Source: Hyalangium minutum (GTDB lineage: Bacteria > Myxococcota > Myxococcia > Myxococcales > Myxococcaceae). Taken from it: 64,000 nt of DNA. Below the pieces are notes generated by a model, which saw only the letters and a list, made by a program, of their open reading frames with translations, searched no databases and was not told the origin of the DNA. This document shows, one piece after another, positions 1-9,816 of this stretch (its first letter is position 1; the number at the start of each line of letters is the position of its first letter). Both the position numbers and the translations under genes were made by a program. The DNA lies in NCBI RefSeq assembly GCF_000737315.1, contig NZ_JMCB01000007.1, forward strand, positions 124,001 through 188,000, given 5' to 3'.

Positions 1-740
1 GCCCGGCAGCTCGACAGCGGGAGGATGGCCACACCCAGCCCCATCTCCACCGCGCGCTTGATGGTCTCGACGTTGTCCATCTCCATCACCGGGTTGAGAT
101 CCAGGTTCTTCTCCCGGAACAGCCGGTCCAGCGCCTTCCGGGTGGGTGCCTCGCGGTCAAACGCGATGAAGGGTACTCCCGACAGCGCCGCGAGGCTCAC
201 CTTCGACTTGCTGGCGAACGCGAAGCCGGGCGCGCACACCACCCCGAGCTTGTCGTCGCGGAATGGGAGGATGTCCACGCCTGCGCGCGGCTGCGGGTAG
301 GCGACGATGCCAATCTCCGCCGCCCCGAGGATGACGTCGTCGTACACCTGATCATTGCGCCGGTAGTTCAGGCGCATGTTCACCTTGGGGTGCGTCTTCA
401 GCAGCTGCTTCTGCACGGTCTGCAGCTCATGCAGGCCCACCGAGTAGATGGTGGACACCGTGCTGGTGCCCTGCACCTCGGTGGACTGCTCGCGGATCTC
501 CGCCTCCACCTCGGCGAAGCGGGCGAGGATCTCCTTGCACCCCCGGAACAGCCGCTCGCCCGCGGGCGTCGGCGTCACCTGGCGGGCGCTGCGCGACAGC
601 AGCTTCTGCTCGTACCGGTTCTCCAGCGCGCGGATCTGCTGGCTCACCGCTGACTGCGTCACGTGGTTGAGCTGGGCGGCGCGAGAGAAGGAACCCGTCT
701 CCACCACATCACAGAACATCTTCAGGGATTCGAGCTGCAT
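1..740 (-). CDS. LysR-family transcriptional regulator (3' end runs off the window; absent from ORF track)
   Basis: Manual translation from ATG at 740: MQLESLKMFCDVVETGSFSRAAQLNHVTQSAVSQQIRALE..., a classic LysR N-terminal HTH. Confidence 0.93.
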   Translation of the reverse strand, partial: MQLESLKMFCDVVETGSFSRAAQLNHVTQSAVSQQIRALENRYEQKLLSRSARQVTPTPAGERLFRGCKEILARFAEVEAEIREQSTEVQGTSTVSTIYSVGLHELQTVQKQLLKTHPKVNMRLNYRRNDQVYDDVILGAAEIGIVAYPQPRAGVDILPFRDDKLGVVCAPGFAFASKSKVSLAALSGVPFIAFDREAPTRKALDRLFREKNLDLNPVMEMDNVETIKRAVEMGLGVAILPLSSCR

Positions 741-890
741 AAGGGCGCCTCCTATACTGGAGCCGAAGCATTAGGCCAGAGGTAATTAGCTGTTCTTACG
801 CTGCCTCGCCACGAATGCGCCATGGCCCTGTCCTGGAGGGCAGCTCGGTGCTCTGCCTCGGAGTGAAGGGGATGGCTCCCTGACTGGCGC

Positions 891-1199
891 TCAGGGGCGG
901 GCGTCCGGTGCGCGAGGCGTGAGGTAGGGGCGCAGCAGCACGTAGAGCGCCAGCGCCAGGGCGATGAGCGCGCCCCCGCACAGCGTCTGCACCTTGCCGA
1001 TGTGGGCGTTGGCCGCGGTCAGCAGCTCGCACTCGTTGGGGCTGAGCAGGCCGCAGTCCGTCTTGCCGAACAGGCCGCGCAGGCCCAGCACCAGCAGCCA
1101 CACTCCGCCCAGCACCATGCCTGTCGCGAGCCCGACGAAGGCGGCGCGGCCCACGGAGGAGACGGAAGGCGGGGGTGAGCCGGTGGGGGGTTCGCTCAT
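891..1199 (-). CDS. Small two-TM membrane protein, hypothetical
   Basis: Two hydrophobic segments flank a C-x6-C loop; start moved to the internal ATG (MSEPP). Confidence 0.65.
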   Translation of the reverse strand: MSEPPTGSPPPSVSSVGRAAFVGLATGMVLGGVWLLVLGLRGLFGKTDCGLLSPNECELLTAANAHIGKVQTLCGGALIALALALYVLLRPYLTPRAPDARP

Positions 1200-1258
1200 G
1201 CCCTGGGAGCTATCACCGCGCGGGCACGCGCGCCACAACCTGCGTATGCTCTGGGGCC

Positions 1259-2359
1259 ATGCGAATCCTCTATGGTGTCGTTGGCGAGGGCATGGGGCAT
1301 GCGACCCGCTCGCGGGTGCTGCTCGAGGAGCTCACGAAGGAGCACGAGGTTCACATCGTCGTCTCCGGACGCGCCCGGGACTACCTGGCCAAGCGCTTCC
1401 AGAACGTGCACGGCATCTGGGGCTACACCCTGGCCTATGAGGGCAACTCGGTGAGCAAGTGGCAGACGCTCCTGCAGAACCTGCAGGGCGCCGTCACCGG
1501 CTGGCCTCAGAACATCCGCCAGTACTTCGAGCTGGTGGAGAAGTTCCAGCCGGACGTGGTGGTCAGCGACTTCGAGTCCTTCAGCTACATGTTCGGCAAG
1601 GTGCACCGGCTGCCGGTGATCAGCGTGGACAACATGCAGATCATCAACCGCTGCAAGCACGAGCCGGAGCTGCTGGCCGGCTGGGAGGATGCCTACGAGA
1701 CGACGCGCACCATCGTCAAGGCGAAGCTCCCTGGGGCCTTCCACTACCTCATCACCACGTTCTTCTACCCGCCGGTCCGCAAGGAGCGCACCACGCTGGC
1801 GCCCTCCATCCTCCGGCCGGAGATCCTCGAGGCGAAGTCCGAGCCCGGCAACCACCTGCTCGTGTACCAGACGTCCACGACGAACACGGAGCTGCCCAAC
1901 ATCCTCAAGAAGAGCGGCCTGGAGTGCCGCATCTACGGCCTGCGCCGGGACATCACCTCGGACGTGGTGGACGGCAACCTGATGTACCGGCCGTTCAGCG
2001 AGAAGGGCTTCATCGATGATCTGCGCACGGCCCGGGCGGTCGTGGCGGGCGGCGGCTACACGCTGATGAGCGAGGCGGTGTACCTGCACAAGCCGCTGCT
2101 CTCCATCCCCCTGGAGGGCCAGTTTGAGCAGGTCATCAACGCGCTGTACCTGGAGAAGCTCGGGTACGGCATGTACACGAAGCAGCTCACGCTGGAGGCG
2201 CTCCAGGAGTTCCTCTCGCGGGTGCCCGCGTGCCAGGAGTCGCTGAAGGGCTACGTGCAGGAGGGCAACACGCAGATCCTCGCGGCCCTGCGCGAGCAGC
2301 TCGCGCGCGCCTACGAGCACCGGGGCCACTGGCGGGCCGAGCTGTCGGAGCTGGACTGA
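1259..2359 (+). CDS. MJ1255/VC2487-type GT-B glycosyltransferase
   Basis: MRILYGVVGEGMGHATRS start, DVVVSDFE, GGYTLMSEA and PLEGQFEQ motifs. Confidence 0.88.
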   Translation: MRILYGVVGEGMGHATRSRVLLEELTKEHEVHIVVSGRARDYLAKRFQNVHGIWGYTLAYEGNSVSKWQTLLQNLQGAVTGWPQNIRQYFELVEKFQPDVVVSDFESFSYMFGKVHRLPVISVDNMQIINRCKHEPELLAGWEDAYETTRTIVKAKLPGAFHYLITTFFYPPVRKERTTLAPSILRPEILEAKSEPGNHLLVYQTSTTNTELPNILKKSGLECRIYGLRRDITSDVVDGNLMYRPFSEKGFIDDLRTARAVVAGGGYTLMSEAVYLHKPLLSIPLEGQFEQVINALYLEKLGYGMYTKQLTLEALQEFLSRVPACQESLKGYVQEGNTQILAALREQLARAYEHRGHWRAELSELD

Positions 2360-2365
2360 CGTCCC

Positions 2366-3763
2366 ATGGCCGCGCTGCTCCCGCCCGACAACGCGCTGCG
2401 CGTCCAGCTCGAGGGGCGCTGGGAGCGCATCGAGCAGGCCCATGCGCGCTATGCCGCGCTTGCACGCCAGCTCGGCTCCTGGGGCTGGCGGAACCAGCTC
2501 CGGGACGCGCCGGAGCTGCTGAAGGCGGTGAGGGAGCAGGAGCCGGGGCTCGACGAGGTGCTCGAGTACGTGGAGCGGCGCGCCCAGCTGGAGCACTGGC
2601 CCCAGGGCCATCCCGGGCCCGCCGCACTCCAGCGGCTCCGAGCCCAACGCGCCCGGCTGTTGGCGCAGGGGCGCAAGCGGCTCGCGCAGTGGGGGCTCCC
2701 GGCAGGGGCGTCTTTCACGGAGGTGCTGAGCGGGCTCGAGTCCAAGGCGCTCGCGCCCCTGCCGGATCCGCCCGGCGAGGCCGAGCCCGTGCTGGCCGAA
2801 GGCCGCTCCTGGTTTCCCAGAAGCCGGTTCTGGCTCACGCCGGAGCGGCTCGTGTGGATTCTGTCGGGCGATGCGCCGCAGCAACTGCCCCTGAAGAACC
2901 TCCTGCCCGGTAGCATCTCCCTGCTGCCCGCGGGGCTGGGGGTGCGTGTGGAGGGGGAGGCGCACGTCACCCTCCCGGGCGTGCGGCGGCCCCGCGCCCT
3001 GGTGGCCCTGCTCAAGCTCTACAGCTGGAAGAGGCGCGGGCCCGAAGGTATGGCTCGCGAGCGGGTCACCCGCAGGGCCTTTCTGGACGAGCTCGGCACG
3101 GGCCGGGAGCAGGACCGGGTGTGGGGCATCTGCGTGTTCCGGCCCGGCTACCTGGCGTTCCTCCCCGAGCGCCAGCCCACCCTGGGGGACCGGCTGCGGT
3201 ACCTCGTGGGCGCCGCAAGCCCCACGGTGCCGGCGGAGCTGAAGCGGCTGGAAGCATGGGTGAAGCAGTTGCGGAAGCTGCCCGAGGAGGAGTTCGACGC
3301 ACACCTCCAGGAGCTTCTCAAGGCGTGTGGCGGGCACCTCTGGCCTTCCCGGGTGCTGCACCGGGCTCGGAACATCGGGGGCCAGGGGCCACGGATCCTG
3401 GTCCGCAGGCGGAGCGTGGTGGCCATCCCCGAGGCGCGGCCAGAGTTCGTCGAGCAGTTCTTCCAGATGCACTGGCCCAACGCTTGGAAGGTGGTGAGAC
3501 CCAGTTGGTGGCGGAGGCATGCTGCCTCCCTGGGTCTCATCAGCATCAACGTGTTGGTGTGGTCGAGCTTCCTCTTCGGGGGCCTGCCTCGCGAGGATGC
3601 GATGGCCTTCTGGTACGCCGGGCAGGTGCCCTGGGTGCTGGCCTTCATGCGCTACGTGCGGGTCAAGGGCTATCACCCGCTGCTGGGCCTGGTGACGCTC
3701 GCGCCTTGCCCCGGGTGGCTCATCCTCACCTTTCTCTCGGACAAGAACTCGCCGCGCGAGTAG
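2366..3763 (+). CDS. Hypothetical membrane-anchored protein
   Basis: 465 aa ORF 6 bp after the GT stop; C-terminal hydrophobic helices; possible PH-like segment (RFWLTPERLVW). Confidence 0.65.
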   Translation: MAALLPPDNALRVQLEGRWERIEQAHARYAALARQLGSWGWRNQLRDAPELLKAVREQEPGLDEVLEYVERRAQLEHWPQGHPGPAALQRLRAQRARLLAQGRKRLAQWGLPAGASFTEVLSGLESKALAPLPDPPGEAEPVLAEGRSWFPRSRFWLTPERLVWILSGDAPQQLPLKNLLPGSISLLPAGLGVRVEGEAHVTLPGVRRPRALVALLKLYSWKRRGPEGMARERVTRRAFLDELGTGREQDRVWGICVFRPGYLAFLPERQPTLGDRLRYLVGAASPTVPAELKRLEAWVKQLRKLPEEEFDAHLQELLKACGGHLWPSRVLHRARNIGGQGPRILVRRRSVVAIPEARPEFVEQFFQMHWPNAWKVVRPSWWRRHAASLGLISINVLVWSSFLFGGLPREDAMAFWYAGQVPWVLAFMRYVRVKGYHPLLGLVTLAPCPGWLILTFLSDKNSPRE

Positions 3764-3778
3764 CTGCTGGGCCGCCCC

Positions 3779-4444
3779 TCAGCCGAACAGCTTGTTGATC
3801 AGCCACAGCAGGGCGGACTCGGACGGGGTCTCGTCCAGCGTGGGCTCGTTGAAATAGTGGCCTCGGACGTTGCTCGGCTCGCTGGGACTGGCCTTGGACA
3901 TCTTCACGTCGTACGGGGCCGCTCCGTCCGGGGCGCAGCTGCCACAGTAGAACTTCTCGTCCCAGACGAAGGCGTGCTGGGGTTTCAGCGCGCGCTTGCA
4001 GGAGGCACACCGGGAGGGCGTGCCAGTCTGCACCTGGGGACGCAGATCCAACCCCTCGTCCCGGTAGGCTGCGGCCGCCTGGTGGAGCTGCTGCAGCTCC
4101 CCGGCATCCAGCCCCACGCCGCTGCACCCCGAGCAGACATCCACCTTGATGCCGAGTGCCTCGATGACGGGCAGGGGCGCGGTGCTACACCGGGGGCATG
4201 TAGGGGCGGCCTCACCACACGTAGGACAATTGGGCACGTAGCGGAGCGGGGTATGGCAACCTTTGCAGGCCCCGGGCTGATCCTTTGCCCTCCTCAGAAG
4301 GGCGTCCGAGACGGAGCCTCCCATCACTTTTGCCAGCGATTCTCCTTCGATCCACACCGCGCCGCACGCCGTGCACTCCTCGCGAGGCAGCCCCTCCATG
4401 AAGGTGGCGCGCATCCGCTCCTGGCAGAAAGGACAGGCACTCAT
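3779..4444 (-). CDS. zf-TFIIB-type multi zinc-ribbon protein
   Basis: Repeated CxxC pairs (CPFC, CTACGAVW, CPRC, CSGCSGVGLDAGEL). Confidence 0.8.
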   Translation of the reverse strand: MSACPFCQERMRATFMEGLPREECTACGAVWIEGESLAKVMGGSVSDALLRRAKDQPGACKGCHTPLRYVPNCPTCGEAAPTCPRCSTAPLPVIEALGIKVDVCSGCSGVGLDAGELQQLHQAAAAYRDEGLDLRPQVQTGTPSRCASCKRALKPQHAFVWDEKFYCGSCAPDGAAPYDVKMSKASPSEPSNVRGHYFNEPTLDETPSESALLWLINKLFG

Positions 4445-4471
4445 GGGGCGGCATCCTACCCGAGGCAGTGA

Positions 4472-4500
4472 TTGACACCTCGTCCAGGGAATTTCACGAT
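4472..4500 (+). promoter_or_regulatory. Candidate sigma-70 promoter of the fibro-slime gene
   Basis: TTGACA (4472-4477), 17 bp spacer, CACGAT (4495-4500). Confidence 0.4.
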
Positions 4501-4506
4501 CAGCGC

Positions 4507-6306
4507 ATGTCGGTTACCCATCTTCGTGGACTCTTCTCGGGGCTGCTCCTGGGCCTGCTTCTTTCCTTCTCCCTGGTTCGCTGCGTGGGAGAGCCACCCG
4601 ATGGAGTCCATCCGGATCCGGGGGAGACGCCGGGCAATAAACCGGACGGTGGGCCGAACAATAAACCGGACGGTGGGCCGAACAATCAACCGGACGGTGG
4701 GCCGAACAATCTACCGGATGGCGGTCCCATCCCCACCTCGTGTGGCAACCGGACGATCCAGGCCGGCGAGGCCTGCGACGACGGCAACAATGAGAGCGGC
4801 GACGGCTGCGCCGCGGACTGCAAGGCGGTGGAGGCCGGCTGGTTCTGTGACACGGCGGGCACGGCGTGTGTCCGCAACGTGTGCGGCGACGGGCGCACCA
4901 CGGCGGGCGAGGCCTGCGACGACCGCAACACCGCTTCGAACGATGGCTGCAGCGCCCAGTGCACCGTGGAGAGCGGCTGGACGTGCCCCACGGGCGGCGG
5001 CCGCTGCGTCGCGGCCCGGTGCGGTGACGGCTTCATCGCCGGCGACGAGGAGTGCGAGGACGACGACAACCCGCCCGCGGGAGGCGATGGCTGCAGCGCC
5101 ACCTGCCGCCTGGAGCGCGGCTACAAGTGCCCCACGGCGGGCCAGCCCTGTGTAGCCACCACTTGCGGTGACCGCGTGGTGGAGGGCACTGAGCAGTGCG
5201 ACGACGGCAACAACGACATGGGCGATGGCTGCTCTCCGCTGTGCACGCGCGAGCCCCGGTGCACCAACGGCACGTGCCAGGCGGTGTGCGGCGACGGCGT
5301 GATTCTGCCGGGTGACACGACGGAGCAGTGCGACGACGGCAACCTGCGCGCCAACGATGGGTGCTCGCCCACGTGCCAGCTCGAGGCGGGCTTCCAGTGC
5401 GAGACCATCGAGGAGGATCCGCCGGCCTCGGTGGAGATCCCCGCCGTCTACCGGGACTTCCGCGGCAATGACTTGTCCGGAGGCCACATCGACTTCGAGA
5501 ATGCCAACGCGTCGGAGCAGGGCATCGTCGGCGCGCTCTACACCGGCACGCTGGGCTCGGACGGCAAGCCCGTGTATGCGAAGGCGGCGAACGGCAACGG
5601 CAGCGCGTCCACGCACGGGCGGGCGGCCTTCGACCAGTGGTACCGGGACACGCCGAACGTCAACAAGACGATCGTCGGCACGCTGACGCTGAACCGGCAG
5701 GCGGACGGCTCGTACCTGTATGACAACCCGAACTTCTTCCCGGTGGACGGGAAGGGGTGGGTGGCGCTGGGCCAGGAGCCGGCGCGCAACAACGGCCACA
5801 ACTTCTCGTTCACCAGCGAGGCCCGCTACTGGTTCGAGTACAAGGGCACCGAGGTGCTCGCGTTCCGCGGCGACGATGACGTCTGGGTCTTCATCAACGG
5901 GCGGCTGGCGGTGGATCTGGGCGGCGTGCACGGGGCCACGGATGGCGGCATCACGCTGTCTCAGCGGGCCTCGCAGCTGGGGCTGACGGTGGGCAAGGTC
6001 TACGAGGCGGTGGTGTTCCAGGCGGAGCGCCACACCACGGCGTCCTCGTACAAGCTGACCCTCACCAACTTCGTCACCCGCCGCACCCAGTGCGTCAACA
6101 CGTGCGGAGACGGCATCGTCCAGCCGCCCGAGCAGTGCGACAACGGGACGAACGCCGGTGGCTACGGCCAGTGTGCTCCGGGCTGCATCCTCGGCCCTCG
6201 CTGCGGTGATGGCGTGGTTCAGGAGGCCAACGGTGAGGAGTGCGACGACGGCAACACCAACGACAGCGACGCGTGCAGCAACATCTGCAAGGTGATCCTC
6301 GGCTGA
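4507..6306 (+). CDS. Cysteine-rich repeat (DUF4215-type) / fibro-slime (PA14-like) secreted lipoprotein
   Basis: Signal peptide ending LVRC; many CGD..GE.CDDGN..DGC repeats; fibro-slime motifs YRDF, HIDFE, FDQWYRD, NFSFTSE, FRGDDDVWVFING. Confidence 0.9.
   Translation: MSVTHLRGLFSGLLLGLLLSFSLVRCVGEPPDGVHPDPGETPGNKPDGGPNNKPDGGPNNQPDGGPNNLPDGGPIPTSCGNRTIQAGEACDDGNNESGDGCAADCKAVEAGWFCDTAGTACVRNVCGDGRTTAGEACDDRNTASNDGCSAQCTVESGWTCPTGGGRCVAARCGDGFIAGDEECEDDDNPPAGGDGCSATCRLERGYKCPTAGQPCVATTCGDRVVEGTEQCDDGNNDMGDGCSPLCTREPRCTNGTCQAVCGDGVILPGDTTEQCDDGNLRANDGCSPTCQLEAGFQCETIEEDPPASVEIPAVYRDFRGNDLSGGHIDFENANASEQGIVGALYTGTLGSDGKPVYAKAANGNGSASTHGRAAFDQWYRDTPNVNKTIVGTLTLNRQADGSYLYDNPNFFPVDGKGWVALGQEPARNNGHNFSFTSEARYWFEYKGTEVLAFRGDDDVWVFINGRLAVDLGGVHGATDGGITLSQRASQLGLTVGKVYEAVVFQAERHTTASSYKLTLTNFVTRRTQCVNTCGDGIVQPPEQCDNGTNAGGYGQCAPGCILGPRCGDGVVQEANGEECDDGNTNDSDACSNICKVILG
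4635..4728 (+). repeat. In-frame 24-bp tandem repeat x4 (N-N-K/Q/L-P-D-G-G-P)
   Basis: caataaaccggacggtgggccgaa unit repeated with small changes. Confidence 0.95.
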
Positions 6307-6332
6307 GGCGCTGAGGCGCACCCATGGCCCTG

Positions 6333-6360
6333 GGCGCCTCGGACTCTGCTCCGAGGCGCC
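6333..6360. terminator. Perfect 11-bp GC hairpin (terminator or REP-like)
   Basis: GGCGCCTCGGA-ctctgc-TCCGAGGCGCC, starting 26 bp after the stop; no U-tract. Confidence 0.55.
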
Positions 6361-6427
6361 GGGCTTCGCGCCGGCTCGTCACGCGTTTCGCTGCGAGCCG
6401 CTGGCCCGGCTGGGCTAGCTTGAGGGC

Positions 6428-7453
6428 ATGCGCTCTCCATGCCCTGGCCGCTCCCTCGTGCAGCGCCTGATTCCTCTGGCGAGGCTTGCGCTGTTCCTGA
6501 GTCTTCCCGCCTGCGTCCAGGAGGCGGAGCTTCCCGTGCTGGCGCCGGGAGGCCCCGCCCGGGGCGAGGTGCCTTCCCTGGCCTTCATCGGCAGCCACTC
6601 CGAGGGCGAGCTGGCCGTCTACCTGTGGCCGGGTGAGCCGGAGGCGCCGCTCCGCCGCCTCGTGGACACGGTGGAAGGGGAATGGAGCACGCCGCCTCGC
6701 CTGGCGATCTCTCCCGATGGGCGCTTTATCGCCTACGCGGGCCGGGGAACCCAGGCGTCCGGGGAGCTCTTCCTCGTGGAACTCAGCACGCAGGCCCGGA
6801 GGACGCTGCTCACCGGAGAGAATCGCCCGAGCGGGGAGTTGGCCTGGTCGCCTGACGGAAGCCGGCTGGCGTTCGTGGGCAGGCCCATGGACACCTTCAC
6901 GGACTTCGACGAGGAGCTCTATGTGGTGGGCACGGCCGAGGGCTCGACGCCCCTTCGGTTGACTCGCGATGACAATGATCTGCACAGCCCGGTCTGGTCT
7001 CCGGACGGGAGCCGGCTGCGCTTCCTGCTGGAGCAGGGCTCCATCCCGGGCTCTGGCCGGGGCGTGGAGGTGCTGGCGGACGGCAGCGGGTATGTTCAGC
7101 CGCTCGAGGGAGTGCCCACGGCGAGCACGAGCAGCACAGGCTCGGTGAATAGGCTGACGCTCTCGCCGGATGCGCGTCAGGTGGCCTATTCGATCTACGA
7201 ATACCCCGCGGGCGGCCGGGTGTGCGTCCGAGGCCCCTCGGGGGAGCACTGCGTGCTGGAGAACCTCAATTCGGAGGTGGGCTCCATCGCCTTCTCCCCG
7301 GATGGGCGGATGATCGCCTTCTCCGCGCGCTGGCCCGAGTGGCAGGACTGGGAGCTGTTCGTGGCCTGGGTGGACCGGGGCGGAGCGGTGATGCTGACCG
7401 ACGTGCCGGGCCGGGATGATCAGCCGGTCTTCTTCCCCGGGGAGGCGCCGTGA
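6428..7453 (+). CDS. TolB-like (PD40/WD40) beta-propeller lipoprotein
   Basis: Lipobox-like LPAC; repeated SPDG motifs (ISPDGRFIAY, WSPDGSRLAF, FSPDGRMIAF). Confidence 0.85.
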   Translation: MRSPCPGRSLVQRLIPLARLALFLSLPACVQEAELPVLAPGGPARGEVPSLAFIGSHSEGELAVYLWPGEPEAPLRRLVDTVEGEWSTPPRLAISPDGRFIAYAGRGTQASGELFLVELSTQARRTLLTGENRPSGELAWSPDGSRLAFVGRPMDTFTDFDEELYVVGTAEGSTPLRLTRDDNDLHSPVWSPDGSRLRFLLEQGSIPGSGRGVEVLADGSGYVQPLEGVPTASTSSTGSVNRLTLSPDARQVAYSIYEYPAGGRVCVRGPSGEHCVLENLNSEVGSIAFSPDGRMIAFSARWPEWQDWELFVAWVDRGGAVMLTDVPGRDDQPVFFPGEAP

Positions 7454-8061
7454 TGAGAGCCCCCAGCCTGTGCCTGTCCGTATTCCTGACGCTGGCGCTG
7501 AGTGGGAGCGCCGAGGCGGCCAAGACGTCGGGCGTGGCGGGCACGTTGATGATCGGCTGGAACCAGCAGGTCTACGACGCCAGCGATGCGCAGGCCTACC
7601 TGCGGCGCCAGGGAGGCATTGGCGGCACGGGAACGCTGCTGTACCAGTGGCCCAGCGGCTTCGGGCTCGGAGCCAGCGCGAGCTTTGGCTCCATCGAGCG
7701 GGTCCGCGAGAAGGCGACCCGGGCCCCGTGCGAGGGCTGCGCGTTCGAGCGCACCACGCTCTCCTACGGCACGAGGATCTGGGATGTGGGGGCGGTGACG
7801 CGCTGGAGGTTTGCCATGGGGGAGTGGAACCCCTCGGTGCAGCTGGGGCTCGGCTTCGGGCAGATGTCCGGGACACGGGCGTTCGACAGCACCTCGACGG
7901 GACTCGCCCTTCACCTGGGGCTCGGGGTGGATTGGCGGTTCTCGGAGGAGCTGCCCGTGGCCCTGCGCGCCGAGCTCCGAGGGACAGCCGGGGCCTACGC
8001 TGGGGACGATTACCTGGCGGGCGCTTACTGGACGGGGCTGTTGGTAGGCGTGGGCTTCTGA
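7453..8061 (+). CDS. Outer-membrane beta-barrel protein (OmpA-like/OmpW-like)
   Basis: Signal peptide, alternating amphipathic strands, C-terminal Phe; start overlaps the upstream stop. Confidence 0.75.
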   Translation: MRAPSLCLSVFLTLALSGSAEAAKTSGVAGTLMIGWNQQVYDASDAQAYLRRQGGIGGTGTLLYQWPSGFGLGASASFGSIERVREKATRAPCEGCAFERTTLSYGTRIWDVGAVTRWRFAMGEWNPSVQLGLGFGQMSGTRAFDSTSTGLALHLGLGVDWRFSEELPVALRAELRGTAGAYAGDDYLAGAYWTGLLVGVGF

Positions 8062-8082
8062 GGGGCTCTCAGCGGCACCCGG

Positions 8083-9093
8083 TTAGTGGATGGGGACCTC
8101 GGTCTCGTTGTTGCGGCGGGCGGCCTTGCGAGACAGCTCGGTGAGCCAAGAGCGCGTCAGTGGTGTCTCGCTCTCGTCCCCCCTGTGCCGCTCCGTCTGG
8201 CTGCCCTGGGGCAGCATCCGGTTCACATACGCCAGCAGGGCCGCCGTCAGGTTTGGCGCCAGCGCGCGCGCCACCGCTCCCATCTTCGCTGGCAGGCCCA
8301 CCAACACCTCCGCATCTCCGCGCCGGCACGCCTCGATGATCCTCCGGCCCGCCCGCTCCGCGTTGAGCGACAAGCCTGGCAGCGAGCCGCACACGTAGAA
8401 CCACGCATACTCCTTCTCGTGGTCCCCCTTGAACGTGGCGTTGCGCGGGCTGCCCGTGCGCATCAGCCCTGGGCACACCGTCGTCACCTGGATGCCGTCC
8501 TGCGCCAGCTCCGCCCGCATGCCATCTGACAGGCCCACGAGCGCGAACTTGCTCGCGCTGTACGGCACCATGTGCGGCACGCTCACCTTCCCTCCAATGG
8601 AGGAGATGTTGACGATGCGCCCCGCGCCGCGCCGCTTCATCTCCGGCAGCACCGCCAGCGTCGTGTAGAGCGGCCCCCAGAAGTGCGTGTCGATGGCCTC
8701 CTCGAAGTCCTCGAGTGTCATGGACTCGAGCGGGCCCGTCTGGATGATGCCGGCGTTGTTCACCAGCACGTCCACCGCGCCGAACCGCTCGTGCACGCTG
8801 GAGACCATGGCCTCTACCTGCACCGGGTCCGTCACGTCACACGGCACCGCGAGCACCTCGCCCCCCAGGCTCTCGAGCTCCGTCCGGGCACGCTCCAGCG
8901 TGGACTCCTCCCGGCCGCAGATGACCACCCGGGCGCCCTCCTTGAGGAAGCCGCGCGCGAGGAGCAACCCCAGCCCGCGCGTGCCGCCGGTGATGAGCAC
9001 CGTCTTGTCCTGGAAGCTGATGCGGGAGCGCACCAGGGCGCGCAGCCCCAGGGCCACGCCGACGCCCGCGGCGGCCAGCTTGCCCAGGTTCAT
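8083..9093 (-). CDS. SDR family oxidoreductase
   Basis: TGGTRGLG, NNAG and YSASK motifs. Confidence 0.93.
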   Translation of the reverse strand: MNLGKLAAAGVGVALGLRALVRSRISFQDKTVLITGGTRGLGLLLARGFLKEGARVVICGREESTLERARTELESLGGEVLAVPCDVTDPVQVEAMVSSVHERFGAVDVLVNNAGIIQTGPLESMTLEDFEEAIDTHFWGPLYTTLAVLPEMKRRGAGRIVNISSIGGKVSVPHMVPYSASKFALVGLSDGMRAELAQDGIQVTTVCPGLMRTGSPRNATFKGDHEKEYAWFYVCGSLPGLSLNAERAGRRIIEACRRGDAEVLVGLPAKMGAVARALAPNLTAALLAYVNRMLPQGSQTERHRGDESETPLTRSWLTELSRKAARRNNETEVPIH

Positions 9094-9173
9094 ACGGGAG
9101 GACTGCTTCGTGTGGCGCTCTGGCATGTCTTGGACTCCGTGAGGACGAGTGAGCTGGAGACGGAGGGCCGCGC

Positions 9174-9653
9174 TCAGGGCGCGAAGGCCCCCGTGTTGGC
9201 GTCAGGGCCGGTGAGGCGGTCCAGCACGAGGCGCACCTCGCGCAGCGAGTCCGCCGAGAAGGTGTGCAGCCGGAGGATTCCCTGGGCATCGAAGACCAGG
9301 TAGCTCGGGTGGGTCTCCACGCTGTAGGCCTGGGCCATGGAGCCATCGTCCACGGCGATGGGGTAGCGCAGGCCGTGCTTCCGGGCGAAGCGCTCCACGG
9401 CGTTGGTGTCTCGCAGCTCGCTCTCCGAGTGCGTCACGTCCACGCCGATGACCACCAGCCCCCTCGGCCCGTAGTCCTGGATCCACTGCTGCACCTGGGC
9501 GAGCTGGCCCATGCACTCCTCGCAGTCCATGGACCAGAAGTGGAGGAGGACGGGGCGGCCGCGCAGCTGCGAGACGTGGACGGGGGCGTTGATCCAGCCA
9601 CCGTCGGGATCCAGCAACGTGAGGGGAATGGGGTGCTCGTCATCGAAAGCCAT
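9174..9653 (-). CDS. TlpA/redoxin-family thioredoxin-like protein
   Basis: LLHFWSMDCEEC, then YPIAVD and PSYLVFD. Confidence 0.85.
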   Translation of the reverse strand: MAFDDEHPIPLTLLDPDGGWINAPVHVSQLRGRPVLLHFWSMDCEECMGQLAQVQQWIQDYGPRGLVVIGVDVTHSESELRDTNAVERFARKHGLRYPIAVDDGSMAQAYSVETHPSYLVFDAQGILRLHTFSADSLREVRLVLDRLTGPDANTGAFAP

Positions 9654-9816
9654 GGGCGCGCTCCGCGAAAAGACATTGGATCGGACGTGCTTCAAGCTAT
9701 GCATCGGGGGTCGGCGTCCCCCATGCCGGCCCCAGGCGCGGCTCGCCTGCCTGGGGGGAGGGGAGAGGAGGCGCCTGGGCGGCAGGCAAGCAGCCGGTGC
9801 CTCGGGAGGACACTCT

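Noticed and set aside
741-800. LysR autoregulatory T-N11-A box
   Set aside because: The A/T-rich patch fits, but no clear dyad can be singled out
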